Notes under the pieces: generated by a model | The model's database searches: none | The model's input: only the letters and a program-made list of their open reading frames with translations | What the model was told of the DNA's origin: nothing | Shown: positions 1 through 12,057 of the stretch, in pieces | How positions within the stretch are numbered: position 1 is the stretch's first letter | Layout: every line of letters begins with the position of its first letter | Program-made: the position numbers and the translations under genes | Source: Scenedesmus sp. PABB004 | Taxonomy: Eukaryota | Length of the DNA stretch: 64,000 nt | NCBI GenBank assembly: GCA_014905635.1 | Contig: JABVCE010000024.1 | Coordinates: forward strand, 372,001 to 436,000 | Direction: 5' to 3'

Positions 1-3000
1 GGCTGCAGCGCCCGCTCACCGTGCAGCACACGCTGTCGGCCTGCGCCCACGTCATGTCGGTGATGTTGCCGGCCGGGTCGAGAGCGTTGGGGAAGGGTTG
101 CGTTGAACCCGCACAGTTGAACTCAGGCGCGCCGTCGGCAGCGCCGTTGGTGTCGCCGCAGGTCGCGCCGGCGGGGAACGCCGGCAAGGCATCAAAGCGC
201 ACGGCCTCGGGGGTGGGGTTGGCAAGCGTGTTGGTAGAGCCCCGGCCCAGCTGGCCGTTGTAATTGTACCCAAAGCACGCCACCGCGCCGCCCGCCCACC
301 AGGCGCACGTGTGATAGCTGCCAGTAGCCACACCCGCCACGCCGCTCAAGCCGGGCACCGTCAGCGGGGTGGGGTTTGGGTTGAAGGAGCCCGCGGTGTC
401 AGTGACGCCCAGCTGACCGTAGTAGTTTAATCCAAAGCACGCCACCTCGCCGCTTGCCATGATGCAAGTGTGAGACCCGCTGCCCGCGACGAGCGTCACG
501 CCGGTGCGGCCGAAAACGGCCACGGGGCTGGTCTGGCTGCTGCCGCTGGCGTCGTTGTTGCCTAGCATGCCATAACCGTTCCAGCCCCAACACGCGGCCG
601 TGCCATTGACCAGCGTCGCGCAGGTGTAGGCCCCGCCGGCGGCGATGCTCGCCACGCCGGTCAGCGGCGCACCGCCCGGCCACTTGACAGGCACGGGCAC
701 GGAGCTATCCCCTGTGCTGCCGTCGCCCAGCTGGCCGGCCCAGTTGGAGCCCCAGCACAGTGCAGTGCCGTCGTTCAGCCGCGCGCAGGTGTGGGCCCCG
801 CCGGCGGCGATGCTCGCCACGCCGGTCAGCGGCGCGCCGCCTGGCCACTTGACAGGCACGGGCACGGAGCTATCCCTTGTGCTGCCGTCGCCCAGCTGGC
901 CGGCCCAGTTGGAGCCCCAGCACAGTGCAGTGCCGTCATTCAGCCGCGCGCAGGTATGGGCCTCGCCGGCAGCAAGCCCAGCCACACCGGTCAGCGGCGG
1001 GCCGCCCTGTGTGAGCGTGACGGCCGCGAGACTGAGCCTGTTTGTGCCGCTGGTGCCGTCGCCCAGCTGGCCGGCCCAGCTGGGGCCCCAACATAGTGCA
1101 GTGCCGTCGTTCAGCCGCGCGCACGTGTGAGAGTCGCCGGCACTGATGCTCGCCACGCCGGTCAGCAGCGCGCCGCCCGGCCACGTGACGGGCACAGGCA
1201 CAGGGCTGCTCGTGGCGGTCCCGTCGCCTAGCTGGCCGTCAATACCATATCCAAAGCAGCGCACCGAGGTGTCCCTCAGCAGCGCGCAGGTGTGAGCCAT
1301 GCCGGCCGCAACGGCAGCAACCGCCGGCTGCGTGGTGCAACAGACAGCCTTGGCCTGGGTGGCATTGAGACCGGCAACGTCAGTGGCTGCGACGGTTGTG
1401 ACAACGTCTCCGCCTGCGCAACGGGCGATCAGAGTTGGTGAGTGCCCGCCTCTCCCTCCCCCCTGCCCTCCCTCGAGCTCCCAGCGCTGCTGCACCGTCC
1501 ACAGCACCCCCCTCCCCACGGCACCTCCCACCCAACTCTACACTCACATGAAAGCGGTCGCGCATCTGCTGTAAGGCTGCCGTCGCGGTCGGCGCACGTT
1601 GCGTCCGCGGGGTACACCTGGCGGCGGGGCGGCACGAAGCGGGCACTCTCACACGACGCGGCACACCCGCGCGCCACGCGCGGGTGCCTTGGCCCGCCAC
1701 GCCCCCGCCCCCGCCCCCGCCTCCACCCCCGTCGCCGCCGCCGCCGCCGCTGGCAACTCACCGTGCAGCATGCCTTGAGGGCGGCGGTGGCGTCCAGACC
1801 GGCGATTGACGTGGCGGCATTGCCCGAGTTGGCCATGGCTGTGCCCTCGCCTGCGCACACGCGCAGCAGCCGCGGGCAAGCGGGGCGTGCGAGCAGCCAG
1901 CAGTCAGCAGCGCACGCAGCTGTGGTGTGCGTGCCGCGTGCGGCGCGCCGGGCCCGGGCGGGCCGCCTGCGCTCATGCAGCGCTGGCAGCCTCCCGCTGT
2001 CCCTCCCCCCACGACCGCCGCCTCCCGCCCAGCCCGGCACTCACACGACAGCGCCTCCGCGCCCGAGGCCAGGTTGCCGTCGACGTCGGCGCACGTCGCG
2101 TCCGCGGGGTACGCCTGGCGGCAGGGAAGCAGAGCGCAGCGGCGTCAGCAAGCGCAGCGCCCAAGGCCGGCTCGTTGCCGCCGGCGGGCGGCGCACCGTG
2201 CAGCAGACCGCTTCCGCGGTCGCCGGCGTGAGGCCGGCGATGTCGGCCGGCGCGTAGAGGGCGTTGGGGAGTGGCTGGCTGGTGCCGGAGCAGTTGAACG
2301 GCAGCGCGGGCAAGCTGCCAGTCGTGTTGCCACATGTTGCGCCGGCCGCGTACACCTGCGACGGGCAGCAGCAGGTTGGCTGCAGACCGCGCGCCTGGCA
2401 GGCACCGCGCGCGCCGCCAGAGCAGCATGCTGCTATGCAGAAGGCCTCCGCCCACGTGCGCGCCTCTCACCGTGCAGCACGTGGCCTGCGCTTGGCCGGG
2501 GCTCTGCCCCGCAATGCTGGTGCTGGAGCCTGCGTTGACCCAGCGCGTGCCAGTGCCTGCGCGGGAGAGCGCGCGCACAGCAGTCAAACGTGCCGCGCCC
2601 GGGCGCGGGCTGGCCCCGCGCTGCTGTGCTGGCCCTTGGGCGCTGCCTGCTGCAGCCGCACACAGCCCGGCACTCACACGACAGCGCCTCTGCGCCCGGG
2701 GTCACGTTGCCGTCGACGTCGGCGCACGTCGCGTCCGCGGGATACGCCTGGCGGCGGGGCGGGGCAGACGCGTGCGTGCAGCAGCGTCAGGTCGCAGCCT
2801 CCCCAACACAGGCCCTTCATTTCGGGCCAGCCGCATCACTCACGCAGCAGCGCGCGTCGGTGGGGCCATCGCCCTGACCGAGCGCAGGGACGGGCGCCGC
2901 CAGCACCAGGCCGCTGGAGCAGGCAAAGTTGGTGCCGCAGGTGCGCTGCGGGCGAGGAGCAGATGGCAGGTGGTTTGCGCGTGGGCTGCAGCCAATCCGC

Positions 3001-3471
3001 AGCGAGCGCCGGGCTGCGATCCCGCGCGTCAGCAGCACCCGCGGCCCCAGCACTCACGCAGCAGGCCTCTGCACCCGCGCCGAGGGTTGCTGGCGGCATG
3101 GGCTCGCCGGTGTTGCAGGCCACCGACGCGCAGGTGGAGGGGAGAGGGTTGGGAATTGGGTTCGGGGTTGGGTTGGCGGGAGGGGTGGGAGGAGGGGTGG
3201 GGTCAGGGTTGGGGGCTGGAGCTGGGCTGGAGCCGGGGCTTGGGTGGGGGCTGACAACGGGGTCGGGGCTCGGGCCAGGGCTTGCGGCCGGGCCAGGGTT
3301 TGGGCTGGGGCTTGAGTCCGGGCTGGGGCTTGGGGTGGGGCTTGGGGTGGGGCTCGGGCTCGGGATCACGGGGCTTGGGCTGGAGCTTGTGCTGGGGCCG
3401 GGGCTCGAGGGAGAGCTTGGGCTGGGGCTCGCCTCCGGCTCCGGCTCCGGCTCCGGCAGGGGGTTGGGCGT
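1..3471 (-). CDS. Ser/Pro-rich, 4-Cys-module, 7-blade RCC1/BLIP-II-like repeat protein (copy L); multi-exon, 3' end outside window, start not resolved
   Basis: Exon ~3057-3471 encodes SPSP/TPSP tracts. Short exons (~2843-2945, 2678-2746, 2471-2555, 2197-2355, 2046-2113, 1761-1850, ~1545-1617) encode PA(G/D)ATC..C..IAGL..CCT modules. A single exon 20-1413 encodes 7 repeats of AG.xHTCA.L..GTA.CWG.N..GQLGDG and then another Cys module ending at a GTGAGC donor at ~19. Paralogous to the genes at 42014-46317 and 49008-53221. Confidence 0.8.
630..959 (-). repeat. Near-perfect 165-nt tandem duplication of one RCC1 blade (blades 3 and 4)
   Basis: Positions ~630-794 and ~795-959 are almost identical; both encode HTCARLNDGTALCWGSNWAGQLGDGST(R/G)DSSVPVPVKWPGGAPLTGVASIAAGG. 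Confidence 0.9.
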
Positions 3472-3833
3472 CTGCGTCGCGTCAGGGGCTCACGAGCTCG
3501 CGCAGCCGCTCCGCCGCCTGGGGTGAGGCGGGCGGCGCTCACACCCACCCAACGCGCACCGCCACTGCCGCCGCCACGGCCGCTGTGGCGGCGGCCGCAC
3601 CCGGGCGGCCGCGTGACGGCGCGTGGCCGTCAGTCGCGCGCGGACCGCGCGCCGGCAAAGCCGGGAGCCTCGTGATTTGGACTGGCCCGCACCCCCAGCG
3701 CCCCGCACCCGCTGCGCTCCCCACGCCCGGCCCGCCACCGCCGCCGCCGCCGCTGCTGCCGCAGCCGCCGCCGGCCGCCCGCAGCCCGGGGCCCCCGCTA
3801 GGCCGCGCCCATTGGAACGCCCCGTCCCGCACC

Positions 3834-5323
<1,490 letters not shown>

Positions 5324-5611
5324 GCGCGGCGCGCCCCGGCGGCGTGTTTTAAGACCTGAGCCCTGACCTGAGCCCTGACCGACTGCGCCGTGTAGCGCCT
5401 ATAGTCGCAGCCGTGGCACAACAGTGGAACTGCCGTCTGCGCCGCGCGCCGCCGCCCGCACAGCAGCCGCCGCGCCGCCTCTCGCCTCGCCGCACGCACG
5501 GCTCGAACCTGATCCAGCCTGCACGGACAGCAGCACCCGCCGGATTTCCACCCGCTCGCCGCGCAGCCGGCGCACGCACGGTCTGGGCTGCAGCGGCGGC
5601 GGCGATGAGCG

Positions 5612-8600
5612 ATGCTGCCGGCAGCAGCGCTGCTGCCGGCGCGCCAGCCCCTCGCCGCCGGAGCGCTGGCGGCCGTGAGGGTGGCGGCCGCTGCGACGGG
5701 TCTGCTGGCGCGCCGTGGCTGCGCATCGGAGGCCGGCGGCGGCGCGCAGGAGCGGGCGAGCAGCGGTGCGGCGCAGCAGCGGCGCCGCCGCCCATGCGCC
5801 GCCCCCACGCCGCCGCTCGCGCTCACAACATCGTCAGCGTGCCGCGCTGCACGCGTCCGAGCCCCGCCCGCGCCGCCCGCCGCCGACCGCGGCGCCCGCC
5901 CGCCACCGCCGCCGCGCGCGCCGCGCAGCGCGCCGCCCCGGGCAGGCGCCGCCGGCGCTGGTGCCCTTTGAGCTGGGCCCGGACGAGGCGCTGGATGCCT
6001 TCCGCGCCCACCAGCGCGTCGCGTGCTTCGGCCTGCATGCGGGCAACCTGCTCAAGGCGCACTTCGCGCTGCGCCCCGCCTTTCTGCCCTTCTACACCTT
6101 TGAGGCCACCGTCACCGCGCAGGCGGCCGCCACGCTCGGCCGGCGCGCCGACAGGCGCGCAGCGGCGGCGGCGGCGCCAGCGCGGCGCGGCGCCCCAGCG
6201 CGGCGCGGCTGGCGCCCGAGCCCGAGCCTCGGCCGCCGCCGCCGCCGCGTCCGCGCAGGTCCAGCAGCAGCTCGCCGCTGGTGTGGAGTCGCATGCCGGA
6301 CTGGGTCACGACCGCGGAGCGCGTGACGCTGGGGCGCGAGGAGCCGTGCATGCAGGTGGGGGCGCGCAGCCAGCGGCGGCTCGCGGGGCGAGGAGGCGTC
6401 AGGGACGAGCCGCGCGGCGCCCCCGGTGACATGGGCGCCCCTGACCGAGCGCCGCCGCCGCCGCGGCGGCGCAGGTCTACGCCTCGTACCGCCTGCGGCG
6501 TGACCTCGCGGACGCGGCCAAGCCCGCCGCGTCCACGCTGGCCAAGGCCCGGCAGCTGGCCGACGCCGACCTGCGCGCACAGGCGTGGCCCGACCCGCTG
6601 GCGGGGTCGCGCGAGCAGGGGCGGCCGCCGGCGGGCGCGAGCGGCGGCGAGCACGGCGGCGGCGGCGAGAGCAGCGGGCAGGGCAGCAGCAGCAGTAGCC
6701 AGGCGAGCGAGAGCGAGGGCAGCAGCAGCAGCAGCAGTGCGAGCAGCGGTCAGGCTGACGTTGGCCGCAGCGGCGGCGAGGCGGGCGCGGGCGCGGGCGG
6801 GGCGGCGCCGGGCGGCGGCGTGCCCCTGGACGCGCCAGACATGCGGCAGGCGATCGCGTGGGCGCTGTGCCACCGTGCGATCATGCATGCGCAGAGCGCG
6901 GCCGCGGCAGAGGCGCTCAAGGCGCGCTTTGCCGCGGACGAGGTCCGCGACCTGCAGGTGCGGCGGCGGCAGCGCGTGCGCGAGCGCTCGGCAGCAGGTC
7001 GCCGGCGTGCGTCTGGCAGCGTCACAGGGGGTGCCGCCGCCGCCGCCGCCGCCGCGCGGCGGCCGTCCGTGCGCGCGACACCGCCGCGCGCGCCGCCCGC
7101 GCGCGCAGCTGCGGCTCACGGTGCACGCGCGGCGCGCGGCCCTGGCCTATTTCCCCGCCTACCACCTGCGCTACGTGCACGGCGAGCGCTACACGCCGTC
7201 GCGCGCCGACATCGTGCCCGCGGGTGCGCAGCTAGCTGCCTCCTGGGCAGCAGCGGGCGGCGGCGCGCGCGCGCGCCAGCCCCCTCGCGCACGGGCCGAC
7301 CCGGCCGCGCCGGCTCACGAAGACCCGCCCGCCCGCCGCCCGCCGGTCGCACGCACAACAGAGTACGACGCGCTGATCGGCGGCGCGTCGTGCGGCCGCG
7401 TCGCGGCGGAGCTGCACCCGTCGCCGCTCAAGTCGCAGGCCGCCGCCGCGTCGGCGGTCGCGGGCGTGGGCCTGGGCGTGATGCCACTCACCGGCGTGGC
7501 GCTGGGGCTGGACCCCAGCCTCGGCGCGGGGCTGGGCGGCGCCGACGCGGCGCTGCTCGCCGTGCTGGCGGCGAGCGGCGCGGGCGCGCTCGCGGCGCGG
7601 CTGCCGCTCATCGCCCGCAACCGCCACGCCGCGGAGCAGGCCGCGGCGGAGCGCACCTTTTACAGGCGCGCGGGGGCGCGCACACGCCGGGGCGCGGGCG
7701 GGCGGGTGGGGTGTCTCTGCGCTGGCTGAGCCCTCCTCAACTTCGGACCCTGCCTGCGACCGCCGTGCAGGCAGTACGACCGGCGCGAGACGGCGCACGG
7801 CGCGCCGCCAGACGCGCACACACTGTGGCTGTGGCGTGACGCGGACTGGCGCAAGTGGGAGCAGGTGCGGCGGCGGCCGCCCCTCCGCGCACGCGCGCGT
7901 GCGCAGCGCAGCCGGCTGTCCGGCGGCCGCGCCTGACCGCCGCGTGCGCGTGTGTGCGCGCCGCACCCCGCAGGACGAGCGCTGGGCGTGGGCGGCGGGC
8001 AAGCGGCGCAAGTGGGCGGAGGAGCTGTTCCGGCAGCACGCGCAGCGCGACCTGGACCGCCTCGCCGCGCAGCGCGCGCAGGAGCGGCAGCAGTGAGCGC
8101 GCGCGGCCGCGCGGGCGGCGCCGCGCGCCGCCTGACCACCACCACTCGCGCTGAGCCGCCGCCGCCGCCACCGCTGCCGCCGCCGCGCGCGCTCTGCAGC
8201 CAGCAGCGCGAGGAGGAGGCGGCGCGCGAGGCCAAGCGCGAGGCGCGCTTCGGGCGCAGCCGCCGCGCGGCGCCGGGCGGCGCGGGGCACCACTCCGAGT
8301 CGGGCGCGCGCGTGCACCACGGCGGCCCCGCGCCGCAGCGGCGGCGGCGGGATTTTTTAGGGTACTACAAGGCCCTGGGCATCAGCCTGGACGACGGCGG
8401 TGCGGCGCGCGGCGCGGCGTGCGGCGCGGCGCGGCGGGGCGCGGCCGGCGCCAGCACCCCGCTATGGCTGCCGGCCGTCGGGGCGCGGAGCTGCGGCGCG
8501 CGCGCGCGCGGCGCCCACAGCAGCAGCGCCCCACGCGCGCCCGCCCGCTGGCCGCCGGCCCCAGGCGTGGCCATCAGCGCCGAGTCGATCAAGGCCGCCT

Positions 8601-8764
8601 ACAAGGCCTCCGCGCTGCGCCTGCACCCCGACCGCCACGTGACCGCCGACGCCGCGGCGCAGCGCCGCGCGGCGGAGCGCTTCCGGCGCCTGCAGCTCGC
8701 GTACGAGACGCTGCGCGACGCGGAGCGCCGCCGTGCGTACGACCAGGGGCGCCTGGTGCAGTAG
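5612..8764 (+). CDS. DnaJ-type protein with C-terminal J domain and probable transmembrane segments (multi-exon)
   Basis: Last exons read DFLGYYKALGI...IKAAYKASALRLHPDRH...AAERFRRLQLAYETLRDAERRRAYD, with the HPD motif intact. There is a hydrophobic stretch at ~7450-7610. The N-terminus MLPAAALLPARQ...LLARRGCASE resembles a mitochondrial presequence; the start is inferred. Confidence 0.78.
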
Positions 8765-8843
8765 GGTTAAGTCGGCGGGCGGGGGCGTGTCACACGCGCT
8801 GGCTGGCGTGGAACGCACCCTCGGACCACCAGCGAGCCGCCCG

Positions 8844-8865
8844 TTACAGGCGCGTCAGCGTTACA
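8844..8865 (-). terminator. Two chlorophyte polyadenylation signals (TGTAA) for the SSL gene
   Basis: TTACA on the plus strand at 8844-8848 and 8861-8865, just downstream of the minus-strand stop at 8877. Confidence 0.6.
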
Positions 8866-8876
8866 GGCGCGCCGCG

Positions 8877-11825
8877 TCAGCGGTACGTGCGCGCGAGCGG
8901 CAGCTTCTCGCACGGCGGCGTCCAGCAGCCCACGGGCGGCGCCCAGGACGTCGGCCGCGGCGCGGGGCGCGGCGGCAGCGCGGTCAGGTCAACGTAGCTC
9001 ACAAAGTGCGCGACCAGCGCGCCCAGCCACAACCGGCCGCCGTGCTCGTGCGCGGAGGAGATGCGATACGCGACCGGCTTGTCCGCGGGGTCGGGGCGCT
9101 GCGGGGCCTCCAGGAACTCCAGCACCTCGCCCTCCCCCGACACCTGCAAGGGGACAGCGGCGCGCGGCGAGCCGCGCCACGGGGCGAGCAAGGTTGGGGG
9201 GCGGCAGCGGCGCGGCGGGCGGGCGCGCGGGTGCGCAGCTGCAAGCCAGCCGTCAGAGTCACCTTGACCGCCGCGCCCCACTCCTTGACGAGCGGGCGCC
9301 ACGTTTCAGGCACGACCGGCAACAGCATGCGCACGATGGGCGAGTCAAACACCTGCGGCGCGCGCGGCGCACGGTTGACCGCCGGTTGGCCAGCGGCCGA
9401 CCCCCGTACGGCCGGAAGGACCCCCACAGCGCACCCGCTTCCCACCCAGCATGCGTGCCCCCCCCCCCACCTTGGTCGCCGGCGGCGGCAGCGCGAGCAG
9501 CGCCGCCCAGAAGCCGCCGTCGGGCGCGCGCGACACGCCGTCGGGCGTGCCGGGCAGGTGGTCGATCATCACCTGCATCTGCCCCGCCTGCGCAGCACGC
9601 ACAGCGCGGCGCGGCCGGGCGCAGCGGGCGCGTGCAGCTCTGTTAGTTGGGTGGCGTGCGCGCCCGGCCAATGATGCTCGGGAGCCAGCGGCGGCCCGGG
9701 CGACGTGCGCGCGGCGAGGCAGGGAGAGGGCGGCGCGGTAGGGGTGGAGGGGGGGGGCGCACCAGGGGCCCTTTGAGCCAGTACTTGACCAGGCGCAGCC
9801 GGTCGGTCTCGCTGATGACCTGCGGCAGTTGTAGCGGCGGCAGGGTGGACGGTCGCGGCGGCGGCGGGGTGGGCGGTCGCGGCCGGAGGGACGGCAGGCT
9901 GCTCAGCCGCCGGCGTGTGCGGGGGGCGCCCATGAGGGCCCCGCTGGCCAGCGCGCCGCGCGCACCAGGTAGTCGTCGTCCTTGCTCACTGCCACGCCGT
10001 TGCTGTACCAGAGGCCCTTAGCCAGCAGGTGCGTCTCACGCGTCGCGGGGTCGTAGCGGTACAGGCGCCCCTCAGGCAGGCCCTGCGGGGCGGCGGGCAG
10101 GCGCGGCAACGGGGTGGGCGTGGCGGCGGCGGAGGGCGCAGACTTGGGGGACCTCACGCACGAGCGTGCGGCAGCGGCAGCCCCCGCGCGCACCTGGCAC
10201 ATGCCGAGGCCCCAGCCCTTGACCGTGTCCCAGTGCCCCGCGCGGCCCTCGAGCGATGGCACGTGCGTGTAGCGGCTCGTGTGCGGCGCGTTCCTGCGGC
10301 GACGGCGGAGGCCGGGCCCGCCAGGGTCGGCCCGTCGCGGTGCTGCGCTCGAGCTCGTCCGCCGCGCTGTGCTCTGCGCGTGCGCACGCGGCCGCGTGCT
10401 GCTTTTATGCCGCCTCGCCTGTGCAGGTGGATGTTAATGGATGAGGTGAAGTAGACCCGGCCGTTGCTCGCCACGTCGAGGTCGTTCGCGTAGATGATCG
10501 GCGTGTCTGCGTGCGGCCGGGGATTTAGGGCCGCGGTTGGGAGGGTGGTTCAGGGGTTAGGGTGTAAGGTCAAATTTCTGACCCGATTCGGGCCAGACAC
10601 ACAGGGCGGGGCGGGGCGGTCAGGCGGCGAGCCAGCGGCGGTCAGGCGGCGGGCCGTGGCGGCGCACCCGGCTCGAGCGGGCTGGAGCGGCTGACGCGGT
10701 TGGTCAGTATGACGACGCGCCCGCTGTCGCGCTCGACCTTCACGATGCCCTGCGCGCCGCGGTGCGGGAGGCAGCGAGGCGGAGGGTGGGAGGGGGGGGG
10801 GGGGTTGGCGGCGGCTGCATCCGCCCCGTGCCGCCGCCGTCGCCGGCCCGCGTGCCCGCGTGCCCGACCTCCCGCGCGCCCTGCGCTGGTTGTTGGCCCA
10901 CGCCGCCGCCGCCGCGCCTTGAGCGCGTCGCAGACGACGATGTCGCCCGCCGCGTCAAACGCCGCGCCGAGCGGGCGCCCCGGCCCGAGCCAGGCCTTGG
11001 GCGTGGCGTTGAACGCGAACGTGCCGTCTGGGGTTTCGACCGCCTCGTGCACGGCGCCAAACTTGCTGAACATCACCGCGCGGCCGTCGGGCGAGACGAT
11101 GACCGACTCTGCACGCGCGCGCGTGCGCAGGGTTTGACCGGTCAAACTAACTGGCAGCCCAGTGTGGCGGCGCCGCCGCAGGTTAGGAAGGCTCGGCGCG
11201 GCGGGGCTCCAGCGCCGGCTAGCCTCGAGGCTCGGTCGCGGTCGCTCACCCGAGCCGTCGATCTGGCCCTCGAACAGCCGCACCGCCGACTCGAGGCGCG
11301 TGTTGGACGTGAAGTCGCCCTGCCGCGGCGGCGTTGCGGCGTTGCGGCCCGAGCGGCCTGGCCAGCGCGCGCCGGCGGCCGGCGCCGTCGCGCAGGCACC
11401 TCGAGCGGGCGCAGGTGCCAGGGGAAGACGTCCGCCGGGTACACGTGGACCCACTGGTTCACCGCCGGGTAGGGGATGCCCGGCTGGATCAGCCCTGCGA
11501 GCGGCGGTGTGGCGCCGCCGGTCAGCCGAGCGCGCTCCCGCGCGGCGCTGCTGCCGCCGCTGCCGGGCCGCCGCAAGCCACGCGCGCCGCGCTGGAGATC
11601 AGGCGTAGCTCGGAATCAACGAAAGAGTGCCTCGCGAGGCATTTCGTTGTGTGTGCGAACTGTCGTGCCCCTGGTCGCTGCTGTTACAGCAGGCTCTCCG
11701 CGCCTGGCGCTCCGCTTGCCCCCCGCACCTAGGTGGACGCATGTCAGACCTCCTAAGCCTAGTGAGAGCAGCGCAGCCGCTGCTAGGGCTCCAGTCCGCC
11801 AGCTCGGCGCCGCGGCGGCGCCCAT
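8877..11825 (-). CDS. Strictosidine synthase-like / APMAP-type six-bladed beta-propeller hydrolase with N-terminal signal/anchor
   Basis: Spliced motifs GPGRPLGAAFDAAGDIVVCDALKG, IIYANDLDVASNGRVYFT, GRLYRYDPATRETHLLAKGLWYSNGVAVSKDDDYL, IDHLPGTPDGV and HEHGGRLWLG. Hydrophobic N-terminus MGAAAAPSWRTGALAAAALLSLGLGGL. Confidence 0.88.
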
Positions 11826-12057
11826 CGCTGTCGAGCCCCCCGGCGCCTGGCCGCTGCGAGCCTGGCTGCTGCTGTGCCTCACACGAGCCCTACGGAGCGC
11901 CCTGGTCGAAAGGGGCGCCGCTGCAGGTTGTGCAGCGCGCCGGCGGCGCGCGTGGGGTTCACCGCGGCGGCCCCACACGACGCCCACGCCCGGCGCCGCG
12001 TGCTCGGAGCGCACCGCTCACGTCCCTCCTCCACCCTCTCCTCCAGCGCTACCTCTC

